From: Octopus vulgaris
Taxonomy: Eukaryota
DNA length: 64,000 bases
Assembly (NCBI GenBank): GCA_951406725.2
Contig: OX597817.1
Location: 77,996,001-78,060,000 of the forward strand
Direction of reading: 5' to 3'
The notes beneath the pieces are model-generated. The model was not told where the DNA came from. It did not search any database and saw nothing but the letters and a program-made list of their open reading frames with translations. The translations under genes were made by a program, and so were the position numbers. Below are positions 1-11,934 of the stretch, in pieces; position 1 is the first letter of the stretch, and the number at the start of each line of letters is the position of its first letter.

Positions 1-11
1 GCGCACGCACA

Positions 12-116
12 TACCACCACAACTACCACCACCACCACCTCGTTGAATGCATGCTGTCAAGCTTCAGTGATTACCGTTCTCTGATGTTCTTAATGCTCTA
101 TGAGATGTGTTGTTGC

Positions 117-152
<36 letters not shown>

Positions 153-320
153 CGATGGCGGTGGAGGCGAAGATAGTGATGGTGGCATGATGATGGGGGA
201 GGTGTCAGTAGGGTTTGTATTACTGGTGGTGGAGATGATGGTAGTGGTGGTGATATGGTGGTGGTGGTGGTGATGGTAGTGGTGGTGTTAACAACGATGG
301 ATATGTGTGTGCATGCGTGA

Positions 321-360
<40 letters not shown>
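12..360. repeat. Low-complexity (ACC/GGT)n, (GTT)n and (TG)n microsatellites
   Basis: Direct reading of tri- and dinucleotide runs. Confidence 0.9.
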
Positions 361-803
361 ATGGAGAGACATGCAGACACTAAATACAAAGAACAAATAA
401 CGTCTGCCAATCAGATAAAAGATTAAAATACTTAGAGCTTAAGTTCTGTGTTAGTAGAATACCTGGATAACACCACAGAACTGGTACCATGCACCCACAC
501 ATGAACAAAAACATACAAACAAATACATATACATACAGATATATATATACACACACACATATATATGTCTATATATGTAATTTTTTGGGACTAATGTATA
601 TATGTTGATTAGTGTACTGAGTAGAGCATGCTCAGAGTTTGGGCTACCTTCATTATGCGTGTACCTGATGTAACACAAACTGCACAAATTGATGGAACAT
701 GATCAGATGCACAAAATCCTACCCACAACAGACAGTTTCAGGATAGGTTCAAATAATCGTCATACTGAATAAAGACTAAAGCTAAATCTATCTTCCTTTA
801 TCA

Positions 804-838
<35 letters not shown>

Positions 839-959
839 TAATAATAATAATGAAAATAATAATAATAGGGAGTACAACTCCAAACTTACAGGCAAAAATT
901 CAATTTAGTATATATAAATCTAATTTATATATATATATCTATATATATCTATATACATA

Positions 960-1442
960 TAGGCTGTGTGGCAAGTAACTTGCTTGCCAACCACATGGTT
1001 CTGGGTTCAATCCCAGCCACATGGTCCCAGACTCTGTTCCACCATGTGGCACCTTGGGTTTCATGGCGATGATGACCAGTGCTCATCAGTTTTGGTGATT
1101 TGCTGTGCTTGAGAAGACTAGTCAAACCAAGTGAAATCATAGTTGCAGCTGGTGCCGTGACTCATAACAGCAGCTGTGCCAGTGACGTGTAAAAGCACCT
1201 GTGCTGGTGACATGTAAAAGCAGCTGTGCCAGTGATATCTAAAAACACTTGTGCTGGTGACATGTAAAAGGCCTCCACTACACTCTTGGAGCAGTTAGCA
1301 TTATGAAGGACATTCAGTCATAGAAACCAAGCCAAAACCAGACTGGAATCTGATGCAGTTCCCTGGCTTACCAATTCCAGTAAAACTGTCTAACCCATGC
1401 CAACATGGAAAGCAGACATTAAATGATGATGATGATGATGAT
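960..1442 (+). mobile_element. SINE family A head joined to RTE-type modular tail (family D)
   Basis: Head ggctgtgtggcaagtaacttgcttgccaaccacatggttctgggttcaatccc; repeated gtg..ggtgacatgtaaaagc modules; ends aacccatgccaacatggaaagcagacattaaa(tga)n. Confidence 0.75.
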
Positions 1443-1479
1443 AATACATATATATATTTAAATATTAGATTAGGGTATC

Positions 1480-1850
1480 TTATATACCCAGGTCTATTCC
1501 CCATTTTTCTAGGGCAGCCATAAGACACCAGGCATTCTGTTCATTTCCCAGCTCAAAGAGGCAAGTCCTGTTCTATGCTTGGGTCAAGGCATAGAATGCA
1601 ACCCCCAATATCAGCAGTGGGGCCTGACAGCATATGCTGGTTTACTCCTGCAGCATCATTCTGGTTCCATACCCTTTTCAGTAACATCAAGTTCACTCAG
1701 CCATCCACAAACATTTTCCAAGCTTTCCTATCATTTATAAACTCTCTTGCCTCTCTCACTCCAATACCTCTAACCACCAAAACTTTCCTCACTCCATCCA
1801 TCCACACAAACCGAGGTCTGCCTCTGGTTCTGCTGCCTACCACTTTTCAT
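1480..1850 (-). mobile_element. 3' end of an RTE-clade LINE (ORF C-terminus plus putative 3' UTR)
   Basis: Minus strand 1850-1697 reads KVVGSRTRGRPRFVWMDGVRKVLVVRGIGVREAREFINDRKAWKMFVDG*, matching the RTE GRPRxxWxD...DRxxW terminus. Confidence 0.7.
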
Positions 1851-1904
1851 TAGGATATTAGATTATTTTCTATTTTAAGCCTGTAAGCTTAAAGCTTATA
1901 ATTA

Positions 1905-2085
1905 TTAAATTCAAATTACGATGAACATAAACAAATGAAGTTTGCTTTAGAAGCATTGAGATATCTTAGAAAGTTAAAGAAGTGATTTTAAATTCCCAAA
2001 CTCGAGAATTTAAAATCACTTCTTTAAATTTCTAAGACATCTCAATGCTTTTTGTTTGTTTACGTTCATCGTAATTTGAATTTAA
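1905..2085. repeat. Long fold-back inverted repeat (arms 1905-1995 and 2006-2085, 10-nt loop)
   Basis: ttaaattcaaattacgatgaac...agaagtgattttaaattc pairs with gaatttaaaatcacttct...gttcatcgtaatttgaatttaa; one indel of about 11 nt. Confidence 0.9.
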
Positions 2086-2152
2086 CATATGATAGCATCT
2101 CATAAAGTGAGATTTCTATATACCTTAAATTTGCGGAAGAATCTGTGGTGTG

Positions 2153-2227
2153 GGCGGTTTAGCTTAATGGTTCAGAGCACTGTGACACGTAATCCCGGAG
2201 GAGTGAGTTCGAGTCTCATAGCCCGCT
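2153..2227 (+). pseudogene. tRNA-like sequence (possibly Thr-CGT derived) followed by an oligo-T run
   Basis: A-box-like tagcttaatggttcagagc; T-arm gtgag-ttcgagt-ctcat; loop ..cgtaa..; acceptor and anticodon stems imperfect; T-run at about 2236-2242. Confidence 0.55.
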
Positions 2228-3074
2228 GCCAACACTTTTTTTCTGCAAAATGGGGGTAGCTTATCCTGTTCAGGCTATATTATAAGCATTATCCTGCATT
2301 TGAGAATTTATAATTATTATTTACAAAATTTTTTAATTTAATGTAGAAGTTCTCCTGACAACTACATCATAACTGATTCAGTTTAATGGGTTGGCATATG
2401 CCATCAGGCGTCATTTTCTGTGCAGCTTTGTTCAGGGTCTTTCAACCAGCTAGGCTTAAAGCAAACTGAATTCATTTGCATGTGCAACTACTCACCTTTG
2501 GTGCAGTGGAAACAATTTTAAAGTTATAAAAACAAACTTACACCTTTATTAATTATTAATTAATCCCTTTTGGATGTGCACTACTCCCTTCTTCCCTCAA
2601 GGTTTTTACCATATAGCATAATATAATATTTCATATTTGTATTTGATTTGCAAGATTCTTGATGTGAATTCATGTGTTGAAAGAAATACTATTGAACCTT
2701 GGGAAGGGCATGATGCCAGTGCATGTGTTGAATATTACTGGCATAATGCCCCTCCCAAATGTAATATATTTATATTTTACTCTTCAAGTTATACACTGAC
2801 AAACCACCCAACCGTTAATGAATACAACACCATTTATGTTTTGAAAATATGTTACCCAATCAAATTCAAATGCTTATTCATCGAATTGTATTATGTCAAA
2901 TTATATATTACATGTGCCATCACAATTTTATTCCAGTTTTAATCACAACTGTCCGATGAACAGGAACGTGAAACACTGACTCACAGTTTGTAAAGTTTTA
3001 CAGCTTTAATAAAAAAAGTATATTACTCTACCTTCAGTATATTTTTCCCACTTTGTTTTGGAGTTATGTGCTAA

Positions 3075-3218
3075 CTCATGTGTGTGTATATATACATATA
3101 TGTATACACACTCACACACACACTTACATATGTGATTATGTAACATATATATGTACATATAGATAGATACATTGATACATATATATATATACATACACAC
3201 ACATATATATACATATAC

Positions 3219-3259
<41 letters not shown>

Positions 3260-3332
3260 CACATATATATATATACATACACATATATATATACATACAC
3301 ATATATATATATATACATACATATATATATAC

Positions 3333-3371
<39 letters not shown>

Positions 3372-3556
3372 AACATACATATATATATATACACATACAT
3401 ATATATACATACATACATATATATATATATCTCTGGAGCACCACCAGCTCAAATATTTTTCATACGAGAGCTATTATATCAATAATACTTTAATTGTTCC
3501 ACATCCTGCGTTGCTGTGTTTTTTTCTCTTTTTTCTGTGTTTTCTTGTTTGGATTA

Positions 3557-3594
<38 letters not shown>

Positions 3595-3739
3595 CATATA
3601 TACATATATATACATACATATATATATATACATACATATATATATATACATACATATATATATACATACATATATATATACATATATATATATATACATA
3701 CATATATATATACATACATATATATATATACATACATAG

Positions 3740-3775
<36 letters not shown>
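3075..3775. repeat. (TA)n/(TACA)n microsatellite block with an embedded 130-bp non-microsatellite insert (3431-3561)
   Basis: Direct reading; source of many spurious YIYI ORFs. Confidence 0.9.
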
Positions 3776-3778
<3 letters not shown>

Positions 3779-4144
3779 TGTGGGTGGGTGTCTTTATGTA
3801 CATTACTTATTTAAATACTTTCCACAATTTCTAAGTAACAAAGCCCTTTTGTTAGATTTGGAGCAATGATAACCACATTGCAGCAGATGGCGCTGTTTAG
3901 AAGGAAAAGAAACATTTTACATAATCATATACTTTTTAAAATTCAGGTCAATTATATTTGTTCAGTCTTTGAGAATATTTACTTTTCAAGGTTACTGTGT
4001 AATAATTTTCTTACATGAACACACACATATATATATATACCAAAGACTTTCGATATGACTGTCACTGCTTAGCCTTGTTTCGGCTTTCGATTCTTGATAA
4101 ATTTGTAGAGGTACTGTTGTGAAATATGGAATATCTTTAGCATA

Positions 4145-4315
4145 GGCGCAGGAGTGGCTGTGTGGTAAGTAGCTTGCTAACCAACCTCATGGTTCCGGGT
4201 TCAGTCCCACTGCGTGGCATCTTGGGCAAGTGTCTTCTGCTATAGCCTCGGGCCGACCAATGCCTTGTGAGTGGATTTGGTAGACGGAAACTGAAAGAAG
4301 CCTGTCGTATATATG

Positions 4316-4346
<31 letters not shown>

Positions 4347-4580
4347 TTGTGTGTCTGTGTTGTCCCCCCAGCATTGCTTGACAACCGATGCTGGTGTGTT
4401 TACGTCCCCGTTACTTAGCGGTTCAGCAAAAGAGACCGATAGAATAAGTACTGGGCTTACAAAGAATAAGTCCCGGGGTCGATTTGCTCGACTAAAGGCA
4501 GTGCTCCAGCATGGCCGCAGTCAAATGACTGAAACAAGTAAAATAGTAAAAGAGTAAAAGAATAAAAGAGTAAAAGAGAG
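4145..4580 (+). mobile_element. Full-length SINE family A (tRNA-derived head, CORE-like cttgggcaagt motif, central TA/TG microsatellite, (gtaaaaga)n tail)
   Basis: ggcgcaggagtggctgtgtggtaag (A box) and gggttcagtccc (B box); more than ten related copies in the window; resembles octopus OR-type CORE-SINEs (from memory, unverified). Confidence 0.9.
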
Positions 4581-4817
4581 ATATTTAGACCTGATAGAGC
4601 CCATTCCTCTCAAGGTCCGATTTCATTCACCCATCAGTTTCTTCCAGAAAGAGATCAAACTGGGGATATGGGCTCAGAACACAAACATGGAAATGATTAC
4701 TGAAGAGCCATCTATCTGAGGCTCTGCTGACTCCATAACTAGGCCTTTAAGACTGCTATTATACGAAGTGGTATCGAAAAGTTCCAGGACAAGTTATGTT
4801 TATTGAAACGTGCCTTA

Positions 4818-5238
4818 TTACTCTTTTACACTTTTACTCTTTTACTTGTTTCAGTCATTTGACTGTGGCCATGCTGGAGAACTGCCTTTAGTCAAGCAAA
4901 TCGATCCCTGGACTTATTCTTCGTAAGCCTAGTACATATTCTATCGGTCTCTTTGCTGAACAACTACATTATGGGGATGTAAACACACCAGCATTGGTTG
5001 TCAAGCGATGTTGGGGGGACAAACACAGATACACAAACATATACACACATATATACATATATATATATATATATACGACGGGCTTCTTTCAGTTTCCGTC
5101 TACCAAATCCACTCACAAGGCTTTGGTTGGCCCAAGGCTATAGTAGAAGACACTTGCCCAAGGTGCCATGTAGTGGGACTGAACCTGGAATCATGTGGTT
5201 CGTGAGCAAGCTACTTACCGCACAGCCACTCCTATGCC
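4818..5238 (-). mobile_element. Full-length SINE family A nested in the mariner
   Basis: Reverse-complement match to 4145-4580 along its whole length. Confidence 0.9.
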
Positions 5239-5748
5239 TATATTTACCAAATTTTTAACATCATCTCCCTTAAGCTTGGAAGTTGTTTTCTGTAAGTGAG
5301 CAAAAGACCTTCTGTAATTTGCTCTGGATCTCAACAAAGGTGATAAAACTGGCACCATTGAGCTGCATTTTCATTTTGGAGATGGAAGTCTGCAGGGGCT
5401 AAATATGGTGAATAGGACAAGTGCAGAAAAGATACCATGTTGTTTTTTGCAAGAACCTTACGAGTGAATTCAGATGTTAGGATTGCTTGCATGGACCCAT
5501 ATGACAGACCCACAACATTAACAATGTCACTGATTATCCTTTGATGATCCTCATGCATGAGCTGGTTAATTTTCTCCACATTTCTGGGGGTGATGCTCAC
5601 GGCAGGTTTTCCAAATTGTTCATCATCTTTCAAGGATGTTCTCCTGCTTTTGAAGTGCCTTTGCCACTCAAAACACTGTATATGGCATGTTGCCTCATCG
5701 CCATAAATTTGCCGAAGTATGCTCAATGTCTCTGTAGCAGACTTACTA

Positions 5749-6155
5749 ACGTTATCAAAGAAGTTATCAAAGACGTTATCAAAGAAGCTTGAGAGGCGGT
5801 TTGATGGATCCTACACTCGCCTCCTTATGAGAGCTCAAAATCCCTTGTGGAAGCATCATCCAACCAAAATGTAAATATATGGGAAACTACCACCTGTGTC
5901 ATATCTTGTGAAAGGTAGGAGAGTCCAGTTTGCTGGACATTGTTGTAGAGCTGAAAACGAGGCAATTTCTACTCTTCTCCTCTGGAAACCATCTAATCAC
6001 AATACCAGAGGGCGCACACTCTCCTACCTTGATGTAATCTCCAGGGATACAGGCATCCAGCAACAGGACCTCCGTAATGCTATGATGGACCGTGAAGTCT
6101 GGCGTAGCATGGTAAATTCCATTGTCTCGACCACGGTCGAACAATGATGATGATG
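5749..6155 (+). mobile_element. 5'-truncated RTE/RTE-X LINE with a 10-bp target-site duplication
   Basis: Reads TLSKKLERRFDGSYTRLLMRAQN..RRVQFAGHCCR..LLLWKP..MDREVWR; (tga)n tail; TSD agacttacta at 5739-5748 and 6156-6165. Confidence 0.92.
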
Positions 6156-6924
6156 AGACTTACTATGTTTAAGGCAAAATTTCAAGTTGGCTCTTTGGTC
6201 TAACATCCAGTCCATGACAAAATCACTGACTACAGCATACATGTGATTACAAAAACACAAATTTCACAACTTGCATAGTAAACACAGTGATGTCACTCAG
6301 CACACTGCCTCATGAAGGCCTTCACTGTTGGCCATCACTGTGCACACAACCGTGTGCTGTCAACTGTTGGTGTGCTACAGAACTAGTCCAGGAGCTGAAA
6401 CTGGAAGAAAGGATGGGGGTACTCTCAAACTAAATACCTAGGCCAAATACTTGCAACAGAGCAGACTCCAGTAAAGGTGATCAAAGTGTCAGGTGCTAGT
6501 ATTAAATCCTGCAATGGATTGAGTCTTCAATCCATATAGGTCATGGTAGGATCTGAAATCAGAATGCAATGAGATGGAATAAATACTGCCAGTCATTTGC
6601 TCTCACATTCTTTCAGTTCTGCCAGTCCAGTGCCTTTGATAGCACTTTTTTATCAACCCCAAAATGATGAAAGGCAAAGCTGACTTCAGTGGGATTTCGA
6701 CTCAAAGTACAGAGACTTGTAATAAATACTGCAAGCTTCCATGATGGCCACCTCCCAGTAGTGTTGAGCGTCAATGAAGAGCCCTTGCCTACAACAAGAC
6801 GACCAAACTTTCTTTTTTCCAAGGTCTGGGGTCTCCTGCCCCTAAGCCCTAGACCATCACCTAATCACCCTTACCTATCTTGTTGCTTAATAACAGCAAC
6901 AGCTTCCATGATCATCATGATCAT

Positions 6925-7080
6925 GATCATCATCACCATCATTTAATGTTTGCTTTCCATGCTGGCATGGGTTGGACAGCTTGACAAGATCCTGGAAAGC
7001 TGTAAGGCTGCATAATGCTCTAATGTTATCTATGGCATGTTTGAAATGCTTTGATGCCCTTCATTATGCCAACCACTTTA
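6925..7080 (-). mobile_element. Degenerate family D tail
   Basis: catcatttaatgtttgctttccatgctggcatgggttggacag, the reverse complement of the D terminus. Confidence 0.65.
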
Positions 7081-7187
7081 CCATTCAGATGAAACAAAAT
7101 ATGAAGCCAAAATTCATTCCCAAAACGAAATGCAATCGCTCTTACACACTCACACACACAAACCTACACATATAAAATTGCACATTT

Positions 7188-7420
7188 CCTATTTCTTTAC
7201 TACCCACAAGGAGCTAAACACAGAGATGACAAATGAGGACAGACAAAGGGATTAAGTCTATTATATCGATCCCAGTGCATAACCGGTTCTTATTTAATCG
7301 ACCCTGAAAGGATGAAAGGCAAAGTCGACCACGGTGGAATTTGAACTCAGAATGTAGCGGCAGACGAAATACCACAAAGTATTTCGCCCAGCGTGCTAAT
7401 GTTTCTGCCAGTTCACCGCC
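7188..7420 (-). mobile_element. Full-length SINE family B (Meta-domain-like core)
   Basis: Minus strand ggcggtgaactggcagaaacattagc..gagttcaaattcc..gactttgcctttcatcctttcagggtcgattaaataag; flanking repeat aaaatt(g/a)cacatttcc at 7174-7189 and 7431-7446. Confidence 0.88.
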
Positions 7421-8199
7421 TTTCCATTCCAAAATTACACATTTCCATTCTCATAAATACACGCAGATATATAACCAAATACATACATATCCAACACACG
7501 TCCAGTCTGATGTTCTCATATTTCTGACTTTTGACCCACTTGCTTACTAGGATTTGAACCCAGATCAGCAAGAGACAAAACAAACAGCTGTACGCAATCC
7601 AGCCATCAGCCTAATAACTCAGCTAATTCTCTGCCTAACAGGAATGCAATATTTGTAGTAATTCAACAAGATACTCAAGCTTCTATACAAAAGCACCAAG
7701 GAGCTGTGATTTACAGACAAAGAAACAGGAAAAAAAAAAACTAAACTAAAAAAGAAAGAGAATGGTTTGTCTGCTCTGAATTTTATTTCTTTATTTTAAT
7801 TTTTAAATTTGATTCCTTTTATGGTTTGTTTTTTGTTGTTGAACTATCCATTAATGCAGAATCAAGATAAAAACTTTACTAAAGTGCAACATTTCTCTCT
7901 CAATTTATCGACGTTTGAATAACAATGAAAGAATCATGTCTCTTAGCTATAAACTGCCTCAAATTCTGTGCATTGAACAAGAAAATAAATAAATAAGACT
8001 GTATATAAATTTGTGTTTGCATATGTATGTACAGACACACACCGATACACACAATACGTACATACATATACACACACAGCATACACACATTTATATACAT
8101 ACACACACACACAACACATACGCACACAAATATACATGCACATATATATATATACACACAGGTGGGCTGAATGTCATAAAGTATAAAAATGCAGTTGGT

Positions 8200-9345
8200 G
8201 CAACAATGACCGAAGGTACTAGGGTATGCCCAGTTTGGCGTTTGCTTTATGATACAAAACGCTATTGCCTCATGGCTTGAGAAATTACCCATTGGCTACT
8301 CTGACCACATCATGTTTCTCCGTTTCCCTCTACAAGATGGCCTGGCACTCTAATGATTATGAAGACAAGTGTTCCAGCCGACTTGATCAATGGAACAGCC
8401 TGCTCGTGAAATAAATGTGCACTTGGCTGAGTATTCCACAGAAAAGTGTACCCTTGACGTAGTTCTTGAGGAAATTCAGTGTGACACAATGTGACCAGGC
8501 TGGCCCTTTGAATTACAGTGATAAGTCAGTTTTGCCAGCGGCATTGATTGGAGCAACACGAATTAAAGTGTCTTGCTCAAGAACACAATACATTGCCAAG
8601 AATCGAACTCCCAATCTGACAATCACGAGCCAAATACCCTAACCACTAAGGCACATGCCTTCAAGATGGGCTACATGGAACCATCATTGGTAATGATGCT
8701 CCAACTTTTCAGGCAGATCCAGCAGCAAAGAAATTGCTTTAGAGTGATCTGATATCGTTCTTCAAAAGACCAACCATAAGGACAAAATTGTCATTTTGGG
8801 TGATTTCAGTTTAAAAGTCGACTGGAATCACTCTATATCAGCCAGGAATACTTGGTTGACATGAAAATGGTAGTTGCAATGATGTCAGGAAAACGTTGTT
8901 TGAATTCTGAGCAGAGCATAGTCTCATCATCACCAATACTCTGTTCCAGTAGAATGCACAGTTCAAGACAACTTCCAGACATCCCTACTCAAAACACTGG
9001 CACTTGCTGGACTAGAATTTGATGTGACAGTTGGATATGATTGACATGCTCCATACCAGAGTCATGCCCAGCACAGACTGCCACTTAGATCACAGGTTGT
9101 TTTAAGTAAAGTCAAATTGTCCATTGAAAATGTCAGGAAGAAGAGATGTCCGCTAATGAAGAAACTACTGTTCAACAGGCTTCAAGAACTTCAGAAAGAG
9201 TTTCAGTCATGTTTGGATAGTAAGCTTCCAAACATCAAAGCAACTGAAACAAACCTAGAGAAGCTCTGATATGATCTGAAACTATGATACAGAAAACAGT
9301 AGCAGAATTGGTGGGCTCCTCATTCAAAGAGAACTTTTTTTATGT
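8200..9345 (+). mobile_element. Degenerate RTE LINE AP-endonuclease region, split by a SINE
   Basis: Reads GVCFMIQ..IMFLRFPLQDG|LHGTIIGNDAPT..DKIVILGDF..SLIITNTLFQ..HPYSKHWHLLD..DCHLDHRL with stops and frameshifts. Confidence 0.85.
8341..8661 (-). mobile_element. SINE family C with an 8-bp TSD
   Basis: Minus strand aggcatgtgccttagtggttagggt..gttcgattc..tgtgttcttgagcaagacac; TSD caagatgg at 8333-8340 and 8662-8669. Confidence 0.85.
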
Positions 9346-9494
9346 AAATGATGAAGGAATCCAGCAACTTCCTCACCGAAGGATGCTTGCTAAATTCAAC
9401 AGTCATTCAAGCAAGTCTGCCAACAGGATCTTCCAGCAGAAACCATAGAACAATTAGTGGGCAACATTTGCTGAGAGAATGCAACATAATACCG

Positions 9495-9947
9495 TCAGCA
9501 ATTAGAGCATTTGAACCAAACTTTGAAGAAAAATGACCCACTTTAGTGAATCGAAAAGGAATGTTTCATCAGGACAATGCACGACCCCACACTGCAAAAG
9601 ATCACATCACAGAAGATCGAAGAGCTTGGTTGGAAAAAAATTCCTCATCCACCTTATTCTCCCAATTTTGCTCCTTCAGACTACCATTTGTTTTGTAGTT
9701 TACAGAATCATTTGGGAGAAATTACTTTCGCAAGCAAGGAGGAGGTCGAAACTGACATTTCAGAGTTCCTTGCTTTGAAACCAAAAGAGTTTTACATTGA
9801 TGGGATTAAAAAGCTTGTAAATAGATGGAAGGAAGTCATAGAAAATCAGGGAAAGTACATTGATGATTAAATTTCAATTAACTATAACATTTGATCACTT
9901 GTTTTCTTTATTCAAAATTTGGCCAGAACTTATGGGATGACCTGATA
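9495..9947 (+). mobile_element. Mariner 3' half (catalytic C-terminus plus right TIR)
   Basis: FHQDNARPH..GWKKIPHPPYSPNFAPSDYHLFCSLQNHL..FYIDGIKKLVNRWKEVIENQGKYIDD; TIR ggccagaacttatgggatgacctga followed by TA. Confidence 0.92.
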
Positions 9948-10199
9948 TATATAACCATGTCTAGAAATGCAAGTATATGCATGAGAAGACATCATACATA
10001 AAACAAAACAGACAAATCGTGCATTCAAAAATACCCTGGTGATGTCAATGAAATTACAGTGAAGGAGCCTTGAATCTAGGTTAGAAGCTAGCCATTTCTC
10101 TATTGGCAAAAAAATCTTGAAATACAACTGAATAATGGCATACATACATACAATACACTCACACATTTATATATACATTTGTGTCTGTATGTGTGTGTA

Positions 10200-10362
10200 G
10201 ATGGGCTTCTTTTAGTTCCCATCCATCAAAACCACTCACAAGTCTTTTGTTGGCCTGGAGTTGTAGTAGAAGACACCCAAAATGCTATGCAGTGGGAGTG
10301 AGACTGAGACCATATGGTTTAGAAGCAAGTTTGTTAACCACACAGCCACACTTGCACCTACC
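10200..10362 (-). mobile_element. Degenerate SINE A head
   Basis: Reverse complement of the A head (gggcttcttttagttcc..ccacacagccacacttgcacc). Confidence 0.7.
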
Positions 10363-10632
10363 AGTGAGTGTATATATATATATATATGTATGCATATTGT
10401 TATACACACATATGTGTATCATTTTCTGTCAGCATACCTTGACTGTTTAACCCCAACATATTTGTTTGTATCTTTCTATCTTTTATCCCTCCTCATATAT
10501 CCTTTCTGTAGAAAAGGAAAAACTGCAAACATTAATGACTTCTTCCAATTTTTCTTGTGTGTCAACTTAATAACCCTGATCATAGTTTTTTCACTTTGTC
10601 TTCTTGTGCTTTTATTTTTGAAAAATATATAC

Positions 10633-10794
10633 AGGCGCAGGAGTGGCTGTGTGATTAGCAGCCTGTTTACCAACCACATGGTTCCAGGTTCAGTCCCACT
10701 GCGTGACACCTTGGGCAAGTGTCTTCTACTATAGCCTCAGTCCGACCAAAGCACTGTGAGTGTATTTGGTAGACAGAAACTGAAAGAAGCCTGT

Positions 10795-10845
<51 letters not shown>

Positions 10846-11500
10846 AAAGAGCACCATCCAAGTGGGATCATTGCCAGAGCAGCTAACTGGCTTCCATGCA
10901 GGTGGCACATAAAAAGATCCATTCAAGCATGATCATTACTAGCATCGCCTTACTGGCACTTGTCCCGGTGGCACGTGAAAAAAACATTCAAGCAAGGTTG
11001 TTGCTAGTGCCGCTGGACTGGCTCCTGTGCAGGTGGCATGTAAAAAACACCATTTGAGCATGGCCATTGCCAGTACCGCCTGACTGGCCCTCATGCCGGT
11101 GGCATGTAAAAGCACCCACTACATTGTCGGAGTGGTTGGCGTTAGGAAGGGCATCCCACTGTAGAAATTCTGCAAGATCAGATTGGAGTCTGGTGAGGCT
11201 ATCTGGTTCGCCAGTCCTCAGTGAAATCGTACGTTAAAACATTGATGATAATGATGTTGATGTATGTATGTGTATATGCTTGTATGTCTGTATTTGTCCC
11301 CCTCCCCATCGCTTGAAAACCAAGGTTGGTGTTTTTATGTTCCCGTAACTTAGCAGTTGAGCAGAACAGAGTGATAGAATAAGTACTATGCTTACAAAGA
11401 ATAAATCCTGAGGTCGATTTGGTTGACTAAAGGCTGTGCTCCAGCATGATCACAGTCAAATGACTGAAACAAGTAAAAGAGTAAAAGAGAGAGTAAAGAG
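10633..11500 (+). mobile_element. SINE A with a multi-module family D element (about 10845-11262) in its central microsatellite
   Basis: A head 10633-10800, (TA)n, four D modules plus terminus, then A tail 11270-11500. Confidence 0.85.
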
Positions 11501-11530
11501 TATATAATCACACAGCCCAATCAGCAATGA

Positions 11531-11719
11531 GGCACCTGTGCAGGTGGCACGTAAAAAGCACCCACTACACTCACGGAGTGGTTGGTGTTAGGAAGGGCAT
11601 CTAGCCATAGAAACACTGCCAGATCAGATTGGGCCTGGCGCAGCCTTCTGGCTTCCCAGACCCCAGTTGAACCGTCCAACCCATGCTAGCATGGAAAACG
11701 GACGTTAAACGATGATGAT
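11531..11719 (+). mobile_element. Short family D 3' end
   Basis: ggcacctgtgcaggtggcacgtaaaaagcaccc..ggacgttaaacgatgatgat. Confidence 0.85.
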
Positions 11720-11934
11720 AACAAGGAGAGATAGAGACAGTTTGAAACAAGGAAAATGGCACTTGTATTGAACACTATACAAATATTCTTTTAAAAAAAC
11801 TTTTTTAATTTTTCTAAACTTAATTGTTTTCCATACTTTAAGTTAAAAAGTCTCAATGACTGATGTTCTTTATAAAATTATTTTAGCATTTTCAATCTTG
11901 ATTTTTTTTTTCCGATGATAATGATATATATATA

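Larger units (their letters stand above)
4762..6396 (-). mobile_element. Internally deleted mariner element interrupted by a SINE and an RTE fragment
   Basis: TA plus TIR cgaagtggtatcgaaaagttccaggacaagtt at 4762; partial opposite TIR aactagtccaggagct at 6381; joined minus frame reads QRANLKFCLKHSKS|ATETLSILRQIYGDEA..FEW..FKSRRTSLKDDEQFGKP.. then jumps to YSPYLAPADFHL. Confidence 0.9.

Noticed and set aside
4585-4745. gagcccat/atgggctc stem and ctgaagagcc..ggc motif
   Set aside because: No correctly placed GAAA; the segment is better explained as an old reverse-oriented SINE B-like remnant.
6735-6830. DGHLPVVLSV..RPNFLFSKVW, resembling the end of a LINE AP-endonuclease
   Set aside because: Too short and degenerate to support a call.
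10845-11262. Regularly spaced ~60-bp units with small palindromes resembling a CRISPR array
   Set aside because: The inter-repeat parts are homologous to each other rather than unique spacers, no cas genes are present, and the array is contiguous with an RTE 3' UTR at 57.3-58.0 kb.
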